From NCBI GenBank assembly GCA_963674965.2, contig CAXXFL010000003.1:352001-416000 (forward strand): 64,000 bases of DNA, given 5' to 3'. This stretch comes from a bacterium (GTDB lineage: Bacteria; RBG-13-61-14; DATKZS01). The translations under genes and the position numbers were made by a program. Positions within the stretch are counted from its first letter, which is position 1. Every line of letters begins with the position of its first letter. Under the pieces are notes generated by a model that was given only the letters and a program-made list of their open reading frames with translations, ran no database searches and had not been told where the DNA came from. Positions 18,401-28,317 of the stretch are shown here, in pieces.

Positions 18401-18430
18401 TGTCCCCAGAACCCCTGTCCCCAGAACCCC
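18401..18430 (+). repeat. 15-bp tandem direct repeat (TGTCCCCAGAACCCC x2)
   Basis: Read directly; ends at the breakpoint of the 563-bp duplication. Confidence 0.95.
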
Positions 18431-18679
18431 CTTGCCGAACCGGACGTCGCGGTAAATTCGGAATATGGACTTGTCCCGCCTGGGGTCGGCCACCACCCCT
18501 TGCGAGATTTTCTTAAGACGCTCGCCCATGGCCGCCACGAAGGCCCGCGCCGGCTCGAGCACCTCCTGCTCGTAGTCGCCTTTCCTCTCCTCGAACCAGG
18601 CCTTGTCGTTGTTTTTCGCCAGCTCGGATAAAAAGCTCACCGTCTCCCTGGGAAAACCGTCGAAACCGCCTTTCGTCAT
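18430..18679 (-). pseudogene. 5' fragment of the DUF2461 gene (duplicate of the start of 41020..41721)
   Basis: MTKGGFDGFPRE...YRDVRFGK identical to the 41020 ORF, then runs into the tandem repeat. Confidence 0.9.
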
Positions 18680-18775
18680 TTAAGCCTCCTTAAAACGCCG
18701 GCGCTGAAGTCGGAATAGCCGCGCATAAAGATTATAGACGGCTCGCGGCCGGTTGGCGACGGTCATGGAGAAAAA

Positions 18776-18992
18776 TCACCAGGGGTGTTCCACTTCATGG
18801 GCCTTAAGTTGTTGAATGAACATTTCGTTCAACTCGCTTTGTTTGGCGAAAGCCTCCATGGCCTCCTTCACGTAACCTGGTGGACCGATGGCGGAGCACC
18901 GGTAATAGTCGGCTTTAGAATACAGACCGTAATATCGATAGGTTAGAATTTGGAGCTTGATCGCTTTTGGAAAATCTTCATTTTCCACTAAT
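18776..18992 (-). pseudogene. 3' fragment of the lipoprotein gene (duplicate of the end of 39988..40923)
   Basis: LVENEDFPKAIK...HEVEHPW identical to the C-terminus of the 39988 ORF. Confidence 0.9.
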
Positions 18993-19196
18993 TTTTTCTT
19001 TGTTACGTTTTTTTTCAATGTCAAAAGCGTTTTTACCTTGGTAGTCGCAAATCTTCGGATCTGCGCCGTTCTCTAATAGCATTTTTACCATCTCAACCTG
19101 GCCCCTTGTAACAGCGCTATGCAGTGGCGTACTCCCCTGATCGTCTTGAGCGCGTGGGCGGCCAGGATTTTGAGTTTTGCTTTTCTCCCTATCCAT
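18993..19196 (-). pseudogene. Ankyrin-repeat gene fragment, AT-rich
   Basis: AQDDQGSTPLHSAVTRGQVEMVKMLLENGADPKICDYQGKNAFD = one ankyrin repeat plus the start of another; differs from the ankyrin gene at 27358. Confidence 0.7.
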
Positions 19197-19248
19197 ATAC
19201 CGCGACGAAAAGGCAGGCGAAGACTGGCATGGAAAGCGATAACGACCG

Positions 19249-20055
19249 TTACAGCCCCGAGATGAATTCCCTCATGACCTCAAAGTAATCTTTCTTATTG
19301 AAGGCCTGGACGTCGTTATGACCTCCCACCGGGAAGATATGCAGCCGGGTCTTGGCCGGGTCTCCGTAGGACGCCAGGAGTTTTCCGTTTTCCACCGGGA
19401 CTATATCGTCGAAGGGCGCGTGCATGATCAGGATGGGACCGCCAAAGGCCTTGAGCTTTGACTCCTGATCGAAAGCCTCTTGCAGGTCCCTTTTCAGGAC
19501 GTCCACCTCGACGTCGAACCTCTCCAAAATGGACGCCATCTTGTCGATCCACAGGTCGAACCTGGCAATGCCGCTCTCGATGACCAGGGCCCTGGCTCCT
19601 CCACCCAGGTCCGAGGCCAACTCGGCCGCGGCCAAAGACCCGAGCGACCTGCCCATGATGATTATCCGGTCGGGCGGGACCCCTATGCTTTCGACGAGAA
19701 ACTTCCAAGCCGCCCGGCAGTCCTCGAGCAGTCTGGGCAGGTTGGGTCTTCCCGTGGACAGGCCGTACCCCCGGTAATCGACCACCAGCAGGTTGGCCCC
19801 CAGGGCCTCGACGCTCTTATGGAAGTCATACAGGTAATCGGTCATCACCTCCCCGTTGCCGTGAAAAAAGATAACCGCCGGCGCCTTCTCGAGGGGATGA
19901 TACCAGTAGGCGCCCAGCTTGTCGTCCTTGACCGGTATGCTCACTATCTCTCCGCCGGGGATATCCGGGACGTCCGCCTCCGTCAGTGGAGTGGGGTAGA
20001 AAAGCACTTGCGTTAAAAGTGGATGATCGAGAGTGCGCCTTATGTCTTTTTCCAT
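19249..20055 (-). CDS. Alpha/beta hydrolase (ABHD13/BEM46-like)
   Basis: FFHGNGE, DYRGYG, GRSLG nucleophile elbow, DDIVP, GGHND. Confidence 0.9.
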   Translation of the reverse strand: MEKDIRRTLDHPLLTQVLFYPTPLTEADVPDIPGGEIVSIPVKDDKLGAYWYHPLEKAPAVIFFHGNGEVMTDYLYDFHKSVEALGANLLVVDYRGYGLSTGRPNLPRLLEDCRAAWKFLVESIGVPPDRIIIMGRSLGSLAAAELASDLGGGARALVIESGIARFDLWIDKMASILERFDVEVDVLKRDLQEAFDQESKLKAFGGPILIMHAPFDDIVPVENGKLLASYGDPAKTRLHIFPVGGHNDVQAFNKKDYFEVMREFISGL

Positions 20056-20101
20056 CTTTTCCTCCTCAATCTCGCGCGATATTACTCGCCGGCGGGCAAA
20101 G

Positions 20102-21871
20102 TCATCTTATTCTTGCACGCTCCGATTCCCATTTCATCTTTTGCTCGGTGGTGACCGACTTCTCGATGGCTTTGTCGAGATATTCCGCCGCCCTCTTCCG
20201 GTCTCCCGGCCCGCGGGCGTGGACCAACCCCAGTCTTCCCAATACCTCGGGGTTGTCGGGGTCGTAGGCCAGGGCCGACTCGAGGACCCTTACCGCCTCG
20301 CCGCCTCCCGAGCGGCCGGCCTCCCCGCTCTCGACCAGGAGGTCGGCCAAGTTGATGGCCGGCGAAAGGGAACCCGGACTCGCGGCCAGGGCCCTTCGAT
20401 AATAATCCATGGCCTTGTCCCAATCGCCTTTTTTATAGGACAGGTTGCCCAGGTTGTTCAAGGCCTCGGCCGAGGCGGGATCGATCTCGAGCGCTCTCTT
20501 GTAACAAGCCTCGGCCTCGGCGAGCCTTCCGAATGCCGCGTACTCCATGCCCAGATTGACCTGGACCGCGCTCGAGGCCGGGGCCTTGGACATGGCGTCG
20601 CGCCACAGGGCAAGGCCGCTTGAATAGTCGGCCGCCCTCGATACGGTCAGGACGGAATAAAGAACGACCACCGTGAGCGCCAGGGCCATGGATAAGGTTT
20701 TCTTCTTCCCCGCAAGCCCATTGACCATCGCCGCCGCGGGCCAGGCGACGGCCAGGACGGACAGGTAAATCCTGTTCTCGTTGATCGGGACCACGAGCGG
20801 AACGACCGTGCTGGTAGGCGCGAGATAAAGCATGGAAAAAAGAAGAGCGAAAGAAGACTCTTTGGATATTCGGCGAACCGAAAAGGATATGGCGACCAGA
20901 GCGGCAATCCCGATCGGCTTTAGGAGCCATAGAAAGGTGAAGGCCCCCGCGGCCCCCGGCGCCTCATGCTCGATGGACGGGTTGACGGGCAGGACCAGAA
21001 GTTTCGCGTAGGTCCAGAAGGCGCCGACCTGCATGGCCAGGTAGTGGCCGACGGTCCAAGGCCGCTGGGGCGGGAACAAGGTGGGGGCCGAATGGACCCG
21101 GCGATAGACGAGATATACAAGGAAAGCGAGGGTGAGAACGGCAAGAACCGCGGCCAGCTTCTTGCCGCCTTGTCCCGAGACCAAGCCCCGGAAAGAGGAA
21201 ACCTTATCCCCCGCGCCGTTTTCCTTATTGAAGATGAAGGCCCAGAGGATAATGGCCGCGGGCAGGGTCGAGATCGAGGCCTTCACGAAGAGCCCGGCCA
21301 GGAAAAGCACCGAGATGGACGCGGCCTTTATGGTCGCCGATCCAAAGGGACCCCGCGAGTCCTCGTCCTCATTCCAAAGGGACGCGAATAAAATAAGGCC
21401 CGCCAGGTAAAAAGTGGACGAAAGCAAAGTCGAGCGGCACGTCACGTATCCCACCTGAATGGACTGGAGGGGATGGACCAGGAACAACAAAGCCGCCAGA
21501 GGGGCGAGGCTTTTCAGACTCCTCGTTTTCATGGTCAGGAAAAGGACCAGCAGGGCGTTGATGGAGTGGATGACCAGGTTGGTGGCCCTGAAGGCGGATG
21601 GTTTTCCACCCGACCTTTGCCAGTCCAGGGCGTAGGTCCAGGTCAACAGGGGACGGGTCATGGCGCCGTTAAACCGCGAGGCGCTCTCGGGATTTTGAAA
21701 ATAATAAACCGGGTTCAGGGTGGTCTTGATACTCGGGTTGTCTCGTATGGTATGGATATCGTCGTAAATAAAGGGAGAGTCCAGATATCCCCGAAAGACG
21801 ACCCAGGAAGCGGCGATGGTCGCAACGACCGCCAGGACGAAAAGCCATTTGTTTTTATCAAGGCCAGGCAT
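20102..21871 (-). CDS. TMTC-like GT-C membrane glycosyltransferase with C-terminal TPRs
   Basis: Real gene is the last 589 aa of the 1920-aa ORF (start MPGLDKNK); FIYDDIHTIRDNP, RPL, HPLQ, ENRIY, LWRDA motifs, many TM helices, TPRs. Confidence 0.8.
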   Translation of the reverse strand: MPGLDKNKWLFVLAVVATIAASWVVFRGYLDSPFIYDDIHTIRDNPSIKTTLNPVYYFQNPESASRFNGAMTRPLLTWTYALDWQRSGGKPSAFRATNLVIHSINALLVLFLTMKTRSLKSLAPLAALLFLVHPLQSIQVGYVTCRSTLLSSTFYLAGLILFASLWNEDEDSRGPFGSATIKAASISVLFLAGLFVKASISTLPAAIILWAFIFNKENGAGDKVSSFRGLVSGQGGKKLAAVLAVLTLAFLVYLVYRRVHSAPTLFPPQRPWTVGHYLAMQVGAFWTYAKLLVLPVNPSIEHEAPGAAGAFTFLWLLKPIGIAALVAISFSVRRISKESSFALLFSMLYLAPTSTVVPLVVPINENRIYLSVLAVAWPAAAMVNGLAGKKKTLSMALALTVVVLYSVLTVSRAADYSSGLALWRDAMSKAPASSAVQVNLGMEYAAFGRLAEAEACYKRALEIDPASAEALNNLGNLSYKKGDWDKAMDYYRRALAASPGSLSPAINLADLLVESGEAGRSGGGEAVRVLESALAYDPDNPEVLGRLGLVHARGPGDRKRAAEYLDKAIEKSVTTEQKMKWESERARIR

Positions 21872-22006
21872 CTCAAAGATATGGCGATTATACCAATAGG
21901 CGCGGAAAATTAAACGCCGGCCCCATGAACTGGCGCGGAGGCGGTGGATAAGCGATAATGCCTTATCGAACCCGATCGTCACGCGCACCGAAAACGGGAG
22001 GACACA

Positions 22007-24406
22007 ATGCGAGGAAAAACGCGCCTTAAATACATTCTCGCCGCCATGGCCTGTCTGGCTTTGCTTTCTTTCACGGCGGCCGGACTGGAAAAGCAAAGGC
22101 CCGGGATTAACGCCTGGAACCAGCTTAATTCCCTTGTTCGGATCGGGACGGTCAACATGGTGATGGACTTGTCTTCCCGGGACATGGTCGATCCCGCGAT
22201 CGACGACGGCGCCACTTTCTCCTATTTTGCCCGGCCCAGCTTCCAGATAGGGATCAGGGGAGAGCAGCAAGCCACCCAGGTGATCGACGGCCACCTCTGG
22301 ACCGGGGCCGCCGAGTGGTTCGCCATCGCCGGCCCGGACGACGAGGTGGTGAATAAAAGAATCTGGACCCTGCGCGACGGATACCTTCCACAAGTGGGCT
22401 ACTCGATCATAAAGGACGGCGTAAGGTACAAGGTGGCCTTCTTCCAGTTCCGGCTTAATGACGACCCGGGGTCCGACGCGGTCGACTTCGCCCGAGTCGA
22501 GGCGGAAAATATAAGTGATGAAAGCCGCGAGGCGGCCTTTGGCGGCGGCTTCATGTATGGCCCGACCGACCACCGCTGCCAGAACATAAGACGGATGAAA
22601 TTCAATCCGTTCTGGTCCTACGAGATGACGGACAAGGCGGCGGTCCGGGACGGCAAACTGATATACGCGTGGCAAGACCGGCCCGACTCGGTCCTGGCCA
22701 AACCGGGCAAGGAGTACGAGGGGCCCTTTACGGGCGCGGGGCGGACGACCCCCCTTTGCATGGCCAGGTATAAAAGGACCCTCGCTCCCGGCGAGAGCGC
22801 CAGGGCCGACTTCGTTATTCCCCAACTTCCCATGGACCCCGCAAAAGTTGACGAACTCACGGCGGCCGACTATGACGAGCGGCTCGAGGCCATGGCCGAT
22901 TACTGGAACGCGTGGCTCGAGGGCGGTACGTCCATTTCCGTTTCCGAGAAAAAGATACGCGACGCCTGCCGGGCCTACGTGATCCACGCCCTGATGAGCC
23001 AGAACGTCCTTGGCGAGGACGAGGTGGAGCAACACGTGAACCGCCTTCAATATAATCGCTTCTGGCTCCGCGACTCGGCTTTTTTCGTGAGCATGTACGA
23101 GAAATGGGGCCAACCCGAGGTCGCCCGCGCCCTTTGCCGGAGGTGTTACGGGTCTCAACTGGAGGACGGCAACTTCCTTAGCAATCGCGGCCAGCTTGAC
23201 GGCTGGGGCCAGTCCATGTGGGCCTTCGGTACTCACGTCCGGTATACGGGCGACGTGGAGTTCGCCCAGGAAGCCGCTCCCCGGGTCGAGCGCGCCGCGG
23301 CCTGGCTCGAGTCGGCCCTGGCCAGGGACGCCTGGGGCGTGATGCCGCCCACCGACGCCCTCGACAACGAGACCATCTACGGCCGCTACACGGGCCACAA
23401 CTTCTGGGCCATAATCGGGCTCGAGGCCGCGGCCGACGTCATGGAGGCGGCGGGCCGGCCCGAGAAGGCCGCCGAGTATCGGGAGCTGCGGGAGGAATAC
23501 CGGGCCCGGCTGATCGATCTTCTCCGGGCCATCATGGAGGAAAGGGGCGGGGTCATCACTCCGGGCCTTGACGTTAAGGGCGGCACGGACTGGGGCAACC
23601 TCCTCGCCGTGTACCCCGGCCGGGTCCTGGACCCGTGGGACCCGCTGGTGACGGACACCTTCGACAAGGTTCGCGAGGAGCGTATGCAAGAGGGTATCTC
23701 CATGTGGCATCAGTCGCTCCATCTGTATATTACCGAGCGCGTGGCCCAGACGGCCCTTGTCCGGAACGAGCAGGAGAAGGCGGTGGGAGACTTTTACGGC
23801 ATGCTCCTCCACACCGGGTCGTGCCATGAGGGGTTCGAGTGGACCGTCTACCCCTGGGCCGGACGGGACTATTGCATGGACCCCTTGTCCGACCACCACT
23901 GCAACTTCCCTCCCCACGGATGGTACGCGGCGGACATGAACATCCTTTTCCGGAACATGCTGATCAGGGAGGACGAGGGCAAGGTCGTGCTTTTCTCGGC
24001 CCTCTCCCCCGCCTGGGCCCGGCCTGGAGACGCGGTCGAGGTAAGGGACGCGCCGGCCTATGTCCGGGACGAGGCGGGAAGGCCCCTGCCGCTGACCATA
24101 TCCTTCAAGGCCGTCTTTGCCGATCGCTCCGTCCATATCGAGTACGGCGCCGAGGCCATGAAGGACGGGGCAAGCGGTCCCGCGGATAATGCCCTGATAA
24201 TGAGGCGTCCCTATTTCCTCGGTCTCGAGTCGGCCTCCCTGGACGGGAGGGCGATGGAAGTTGGAGACGACCTTTGGCTGCCCCTGGGCAAACACGAGCT
24301 CGAGATTACCTTTCAGCGAAAGCCCGCGGAGCAAAAGAGCCACGAGGCCTCGGTGAAATGGTACAAGGACGAATACCGGAGGCGATGGGAAAGCTCCGGC
24401 AAATAA
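22007..24406 (+). CDS. Secreted (alpha/alpha)6-barrel glycoside hydrolase-like protein
   Basis: Signal peptide; YNRFWLRDSAF, GQLDGWGQ, YTGD, DNE motifs typical of six-hairpin glycosidases; family not assignable by eye. Confidence 0.6.
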   Translation: MRGKTRLKYILAAMACLALLSFTAAGLEKQRPGINAWNQLNSLVRIGTVNMVMDLSSRDMVDPAIDDGATFSYFARPSFQIGIRGEQQATQVIDGHLWTGAAEWFAIAGPDDEVVNKRIWTLRDGYLPQVGYSIIKDGVRYKVAFFQFRLNDDPGSDAVDFARVEAENISDESREAAFGGGFMYGPTDHRCQNIRRMKFNPFWSYEMTDKAAVRDGKLIYAWQDRPDSVLAKPGKEYEGPFTGAGRTTPLCMARYKRTLAPGESARADFVIPQLPMDPAKVDELTAADYDERLEAMADYWNAWLEGGTSISVSEKKIRDACRAYVIHALMSQNVLGEDEVEQHVNRLQYNRFWLRDSAFFVSMYEKWGQPEVARALCRRCYGSQLEDGNFLSNRGQLDGWGQSMWAFGTHVRYTGDVEFAQEAAPRVERAAAWLESALARDAWGVMPPTDALDNETIYGRYTGHNFWAIIGLEAAADVMEAAGRPEKAAEYRELREEYRARLIDLLRAIMEERGGVITPGLDVKGGTDWGNLLAVYPGRVLDPWDPLVTDTFDKVREERMQEGISMWHQSLHLYITERVAQTALVRNEQEKAVGDFYGMLLHTGSCHEGFEWTVYPWAGRDYCMDPLSDHHCNFPPHGWYAADMNILFRNMLIREDEGKVVLFSALSPAWARPGDAVEVRDAPAYVRDEAGRPLPLTISFKAVFADRSVHIEYGAEAMKDGASGPADNALIMRRPYFLGLESASLDGRAMEVGDDLWLPLGKHELEITFQRKPAEQKSHEASVKWYKDEYRRRWESSGK

Positions 24407-24472
24407 GACGGTCTTATGGGTATTTTGAAAGGGCCCGGACTTAGTGATAAGTTCAGACCCGGAGTATAATTC

Positions 24473-25876
24473 ATGCGGATTTCCCTCATATTTCCCCGAG
24501 ACAAGAAGCAGGTCCACGGCATGTGGCCGCCCCTGGGAATCATCGCGCTTGGAACGCTTCTTCGCGACCTGGGACATGACGTCCGCTGTCACGACACCAG
24601 CTTCGACCCTTCGCCCGAGCGCGTCATAGGCGAGATCGGTCGCTTCAAGCCCGAGGTCGTGGGCGTGTCGTGCCTGACCGACTTCGTGCCCCGGGCCCGG
24701 GTCTTCGCCAAGGCGGCGCGCCAAGGAGGGGCCGTCACCGTGGCGGGCGGACCACACCCGACCATCGACCCGGCCGGACTTCTGAGCGGCGACGACGGAT
24801 TCGACTACGCCGTCATGGGAGAGGGCGAAAAGACCCTGCCCGCGCTGGTCGATATCATCTCCGGCGGGTCCTCCGCGGCCGGGCTCAAGGGCGTGGCCTT
24901 CCGGGAGGGGGGCGAGATAATCGACAACGGACCGCCCGAGCCCATCGAGGACCTGGACGCCTTCCCCATGGCCGACCGCGACCTCCTGGACGTGAACGGA
25001 CAATACCTGCGGGCGCGGGCCATCAACATGCACGCCAGCCGCGGCTGTCCCTTCCGCTGCAAGTTCTGCCAGCCCACCTTGAAGAGGATGTTCGGCGCCA
25101 GGGTCCGGTTCAACGGGCCGGACAGGGTGGCCGAGGAGATCGAGACCTACGGAAAGAAGTACTCGGTCAACGACTTCTTCTTCCACGACGACACCTTCAC
25201 CTTCAAGAAAAGCTGGCTCGGGGCGCTGGTGGAAAAGCTGGGCGAGCGGGACCTCGTCAAGGACTACCGCTACGTGGTGAACTCGAGGGTTGACACCTTC
25301 GACGAGGAAAGGGCCCAGATGCTCAAGGCCATGGGCGTGTATTACGTCCTCTTCGGCATCGAGACGGGGGCCCAGTCCATCCTGGACTCGATCGACAAGG
25401 GCACGACCATCGAGCAGGCGAGGGAGGCCTTCCGGATTTGCCGGAAATACGGTTTCAGGACCCACGCCTATATCCTGCTCGGCTCTCCAAGCGAGACTCG
25501 GGAAACCCTGCGCGCCACCGAGAACTTCGTCAAGGAGCTTAAACCCAACACGGTCCACGTCTCCATCTACACCCCCCTCCTCGGCACTTACCTGGCCGAC
25601 GAGTGCGAGAGGGAGGGGAAGATCACCCTGAAGGGCTATTCCGATTTCGACTATTACCTCAAGAAGACCAGCTCCGGTGACCCTCCCATCAAGATACCCG
25701 GCCTGACCTACCAGGACCTGCTCGACTCGAGGGCGAGGATACTGGGGGACAGGAAATGGATGGTCATGGCCGACAACGCCAGGGAGTTGATCCATGACCT
25801 CACTCGAGACCCCAGCCTGGACAAGCTTATCTTCAGGTACCAGTTCTACAAGCGGATGAAGCATTACTTCGGCTGA
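24473..25876 (+). CDS. Cobalamin-binding radical SAM protein
   Basis: PPLGI, GGPHPT, GEGE (B12 domain); SRGCPFRCKFC; DDTF; GIETG. Confidence 0.9.
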   Translation: MRISLIFPRDKKQVHGMWPPLGIIALGTLLRDLGHDVRCHDTSFDPSPERVIGEIGRFKPEVVGVSCLTDFVPRARVFAKAARQGGAVTVAGGPHPTIDPAGLLSGDDGFDYAVMGEGEKTLPALVDIISGGSSAAGLKGVAFREGGEIIDNGPPEPIEDLDAFPMADRDLLDVNGQYLRARAINMHASRGCPFRCKFCQPTLKRMFGARVRFNGPDRVAEEIETYGKKYSVNDFFFHDDTFTFKKSWLGALVEKLGERDLVKDYRYVVNSRVDTFDEERAQMLKAMGVYYVLFGIETGAQSILDSIDKGTTIEQAREAFRICRKYGFRTHAYILLGSPSETRETLRATENFVKELKPNTVHVSIYTPLLGTYLADECEREGKITLKGYSDFDYYLKKTSSGDPPIKIPGLTYQDLLDSRARILGDRKWMVMADNARELIHDLTRDPSLDKLIFRYQFYKRMKHYFG

Positions 25877-25954
25877 GCGAGCGGAGGAAGCCCCAAGGCC
25901 CCTCCCGAGTCAGTCGGGGAAAGCGTTTATCGCCTCGTAAAATTGAATCGTTAT

Positions 25955-26749
25955 TTACTCGGGAGGAATAATGGAGACGAGCTCGTGGGACTGGGGCGGA
26001 GACCCTCCCACCGGCCCGAAGGTGCCCTGGAACCTCACCAGCTCGCGCGGCTTTTCCTTTTCCATCCAGAAGACGAAGTCCGGCACGAAGGGCTTGATGA
26101 TGGATGAGGTCCAGGCCCACTTGCCCATGATGGACTTGTAGTCGGGCTTGAGAACTACCTTGTAACAGTCGATCGCGCCCGCCGGGACCTCGACCTTTTC
26201 CTCCGTCTCGACCTCGAGGTACATGTGCCAGGGAAGGGAATCGAAATCGAGCAGGAGGTTTATATCATGCTCGGCTCCCACGAAAAGGTCCATCTTGCGC
26301 ATGGCCGTGGTGATGGTATAGACGTGGCAGAGGACGTCCGGGTAATCGAACATGGGGTCCTGGTAGTCGGTCCAGAAATACCTCACCTCCTTGCCCGAGC
26401 GGCTCACGGTCTTTTTCTCGAGCCGGAGAAGACCCATGTTCGAGCGCTTCACGTAAATCTTCCATATATGCTTGTCGCCCTCCGAGGTGTACTCGGTCCG
26501 CTCCTGAAGATATACGTCCTGGCCGTCGAGCTCGGCCGGAGAAAGGCGGCTGGTGTAGTGGGTCACGTTCTCGATCGAGGCGTTGATCTTGATCGAGTCG
26601 CCGCTTTTCTTCTCCAGGTACACGATCCTGTACTCCCGGGTCTCACCGCTCGCGACCTCATCCCCCGCCCGGGCCGGACCATAAGAAAACGCCGCCAGAA
26701 TAATCGCCGACCATAAGATCGCCCCGAGTGAATGTCCTTTGCCCGCCAT
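25955..26749 (-). CDS. Exported hypothetical protein (DUF3108-like beta fold)
   Basis: Signal peptide; EKVEVPAGAIDCYKV motif. Confidence 0.55.
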   Translation of the reverse strand: MAGKGHSLGAILWSAIILAAFSYGPARAGDEVASGETREYRIVYLEKKSGDSIKINASIENVTHYTSRLSPAELDGQDVYLQERTEYTSEGDKHIWKIYVKRSNMGLLRLEKKTVSRSGKEVRYFWTDYQDPMFDYPDVLCHVYTITTAMRKMDLFVGAEHDINLLLDFDSLPWHMYLEVETEEKVEVPAGAIDCYKVVLKPDYKSIMGKWAWTSSIIKPFVPDFVFWMEKEKPRELVRFQGTFGPVGGSPPQSHELVSIIPPE

Positions 26750-27357
26750 CTCGCGCCCTCCATTATTTCATAAGCGTTTTCGTCAAAACCGCGTCCAGCT
26801 ATTTAGGGACGTTTCTTGAGTTTGTTCTCCCGGCTGGCTTCGGCCTCATGGAGCGCGGCCGCGTCGATAGGAAAGCTTCCAATTAACTTAGACGATAGCA
26901 TGGGAGATAACGCTCAAGCCAAAATTTCTTCCCCGCTCCGCGGGGGGCGAACCTTGCCGGGCGTCGGCAATCCAGGTCGCCGCTGGTCCGGCCCGTTCAG
27001 GGCCGAAGAATATTTTGCCAATCATTACCGTGGGCCAAGGCCTACGGCTACTCGAATTTTCCCCCTTCGGGGGGAGGCGGCCGCGTCCATTTCAGCGGCG
27101 TCCCAGTAAATCCGCGCGAGTTGGCGACGATTGATTTTCACTTCGAGCGGCGGACAACTTGCCGGATGAAAAAAGGAACCAAGAGTGAAACGGTCAAAAT
27201 TAGAGGAAGTTCCGGTGGAAAAAGAGCCGATGGCGGGAAGCCTCGGCCGGAGGCTAACGGGACGGCCATGACCGATGCCTTGACGGCGAAGGCGTTGGAT
27301 TCTATCCTGGCGATCGGCTACTATATCTTTTTAACTCGGCACGGGAAAACAATCTCC

Positions 27358-28317
27358 ATGAGCATGAAGGAAATAACCTCTCGTCTGGCTTTATCGCTTC
27401 TCGTCGCGGCCGTTCTTACCGGGGACCCGCTTGGGACCGCCTTGGCCCAGTCCTCAGGGGAGGGCCAAACGGCGGGTGACTCGATAACGGCCCCGCCGGA
27501 TAACCGGGAAGAGAGCGACGCGATCTGGCGGGAGCGGCGGGCCCGGGAGTTCGAGCTTAAAGAGTACAAGGGAAAGATCGAGACCGACGAGCTCTTCGCC
27601 TTCATCCAGGACGACGAGGGCAAGACGGCCCTTCACCGCGAGGCCGAGAACGGCGACCTGGACAAGGTCCGCCTCCTCCTGGAGGCCAACGTCAAGGTGA
27701 ACGCCCAGGATAACAAGGGCCGCACTCCTCTTCACCTCGCGGCCTTAAGCGGTCACGCGGAGATCGTGAAGGAACTCCTGGCCCATGGCGCCATGAACAA
27801 GATGGTCGATAAAGAGAAGAACTCGGCGCTCCATCTCGCGGCCATGCAAGGCGGCCTCGAGTCGATCGAGTCCCTGCTGTTTTACGGCGCCGACGTCAAC
27901 CTGCCCAACTTGTATGGGGAGACGCCGTTGGTCATGGCCCAGGCCAACGGGCACGAGGCGGCGGCGGCTTACCTCGAGGAGAAGGGCGGCAAGGAAAAGG
28001 TGGTGGACTACACGCGCCGGGACGCCCTTTGGCGCATGATGCTTCACGACCTGAAAAGCCCGGGCGGACTTCTTCTCATCGGCCTGGTGGCGGCCGTGGT
28101 AATCGTCTGGCCCATGGCCTTCATCGGCTTTATCCTGGAGCAGGTCAGATACCGGGGCAATTATTACAAGACGCCCGAGGACGTGAAAAAGAAGTTCCCC
28201 CGCGCGATCACCCTCTGGACCCTGCCCCTGGCCCCGCTTCGCATCTATCTCGTTTATCGCGTTGGCCAGGACGCGAAAAAGAAGGGCGGCGCCAGCGGCG
28301 GGCCGGATTCCGTCTAA
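27358..28317 (+). CDS. Exported ankyrin-repeat protein with C-terminal membrane anchor
   Basis: Start re-assigned to ATG 27358; signal peptide, four GxTxLH-type repeats, C-terminal TM helix. Confidence 0.8.
   Translation: MSMKEITSRLALSLLVAAVLTGDPLGTALAQSSGEGQTAGDSITAPPDNREESDAIWRERRAREFELKEYKGKIETDELFAFIQDDEGKTALHREAENGDLDKVRLLLEANVKVNAQDNKGRTPLHLAALSGHAEIVKELLAHGAMNKMVDKEKNSALHLAAMQGGLESIESLLFYGADVNLPNLYGETPLVMAQANGHEAAAAYLEEKGGKEKVVDYTRRDALWRMMLHDLKSPGGLLLIGLVAAVVIVWPMAFIGFILEQVRYRGNYYKTPEDVKKKFPRAITLWTLPLAPLRIYLVYRVGQDAKKKGGASGGPDSV

Larger units (their letters stand above)
18430..18992 (-). repeat. 563-bp inverted copy of 40707..41269
   Basis: Both end pairs sum to the same coordinate (59699), so no net indel; translated segments identical to those of 39988..40923 and 41020..41721. 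Confidence 0.95.

Noticed and set aside
18401-18430. CRISPR array
   Set aside because: Only two adjacent 15-bp units, no spacers and no cas genes; no CRISPR array seen anywhere in the window
20102-25864. 1920-aa ORF as a giant protein
   Set aside because: The first ~1330 aa are the antisense shadow of the glycosidase and radical SAM genes in GC-rich DNA; only 20102-21871 has family motifs
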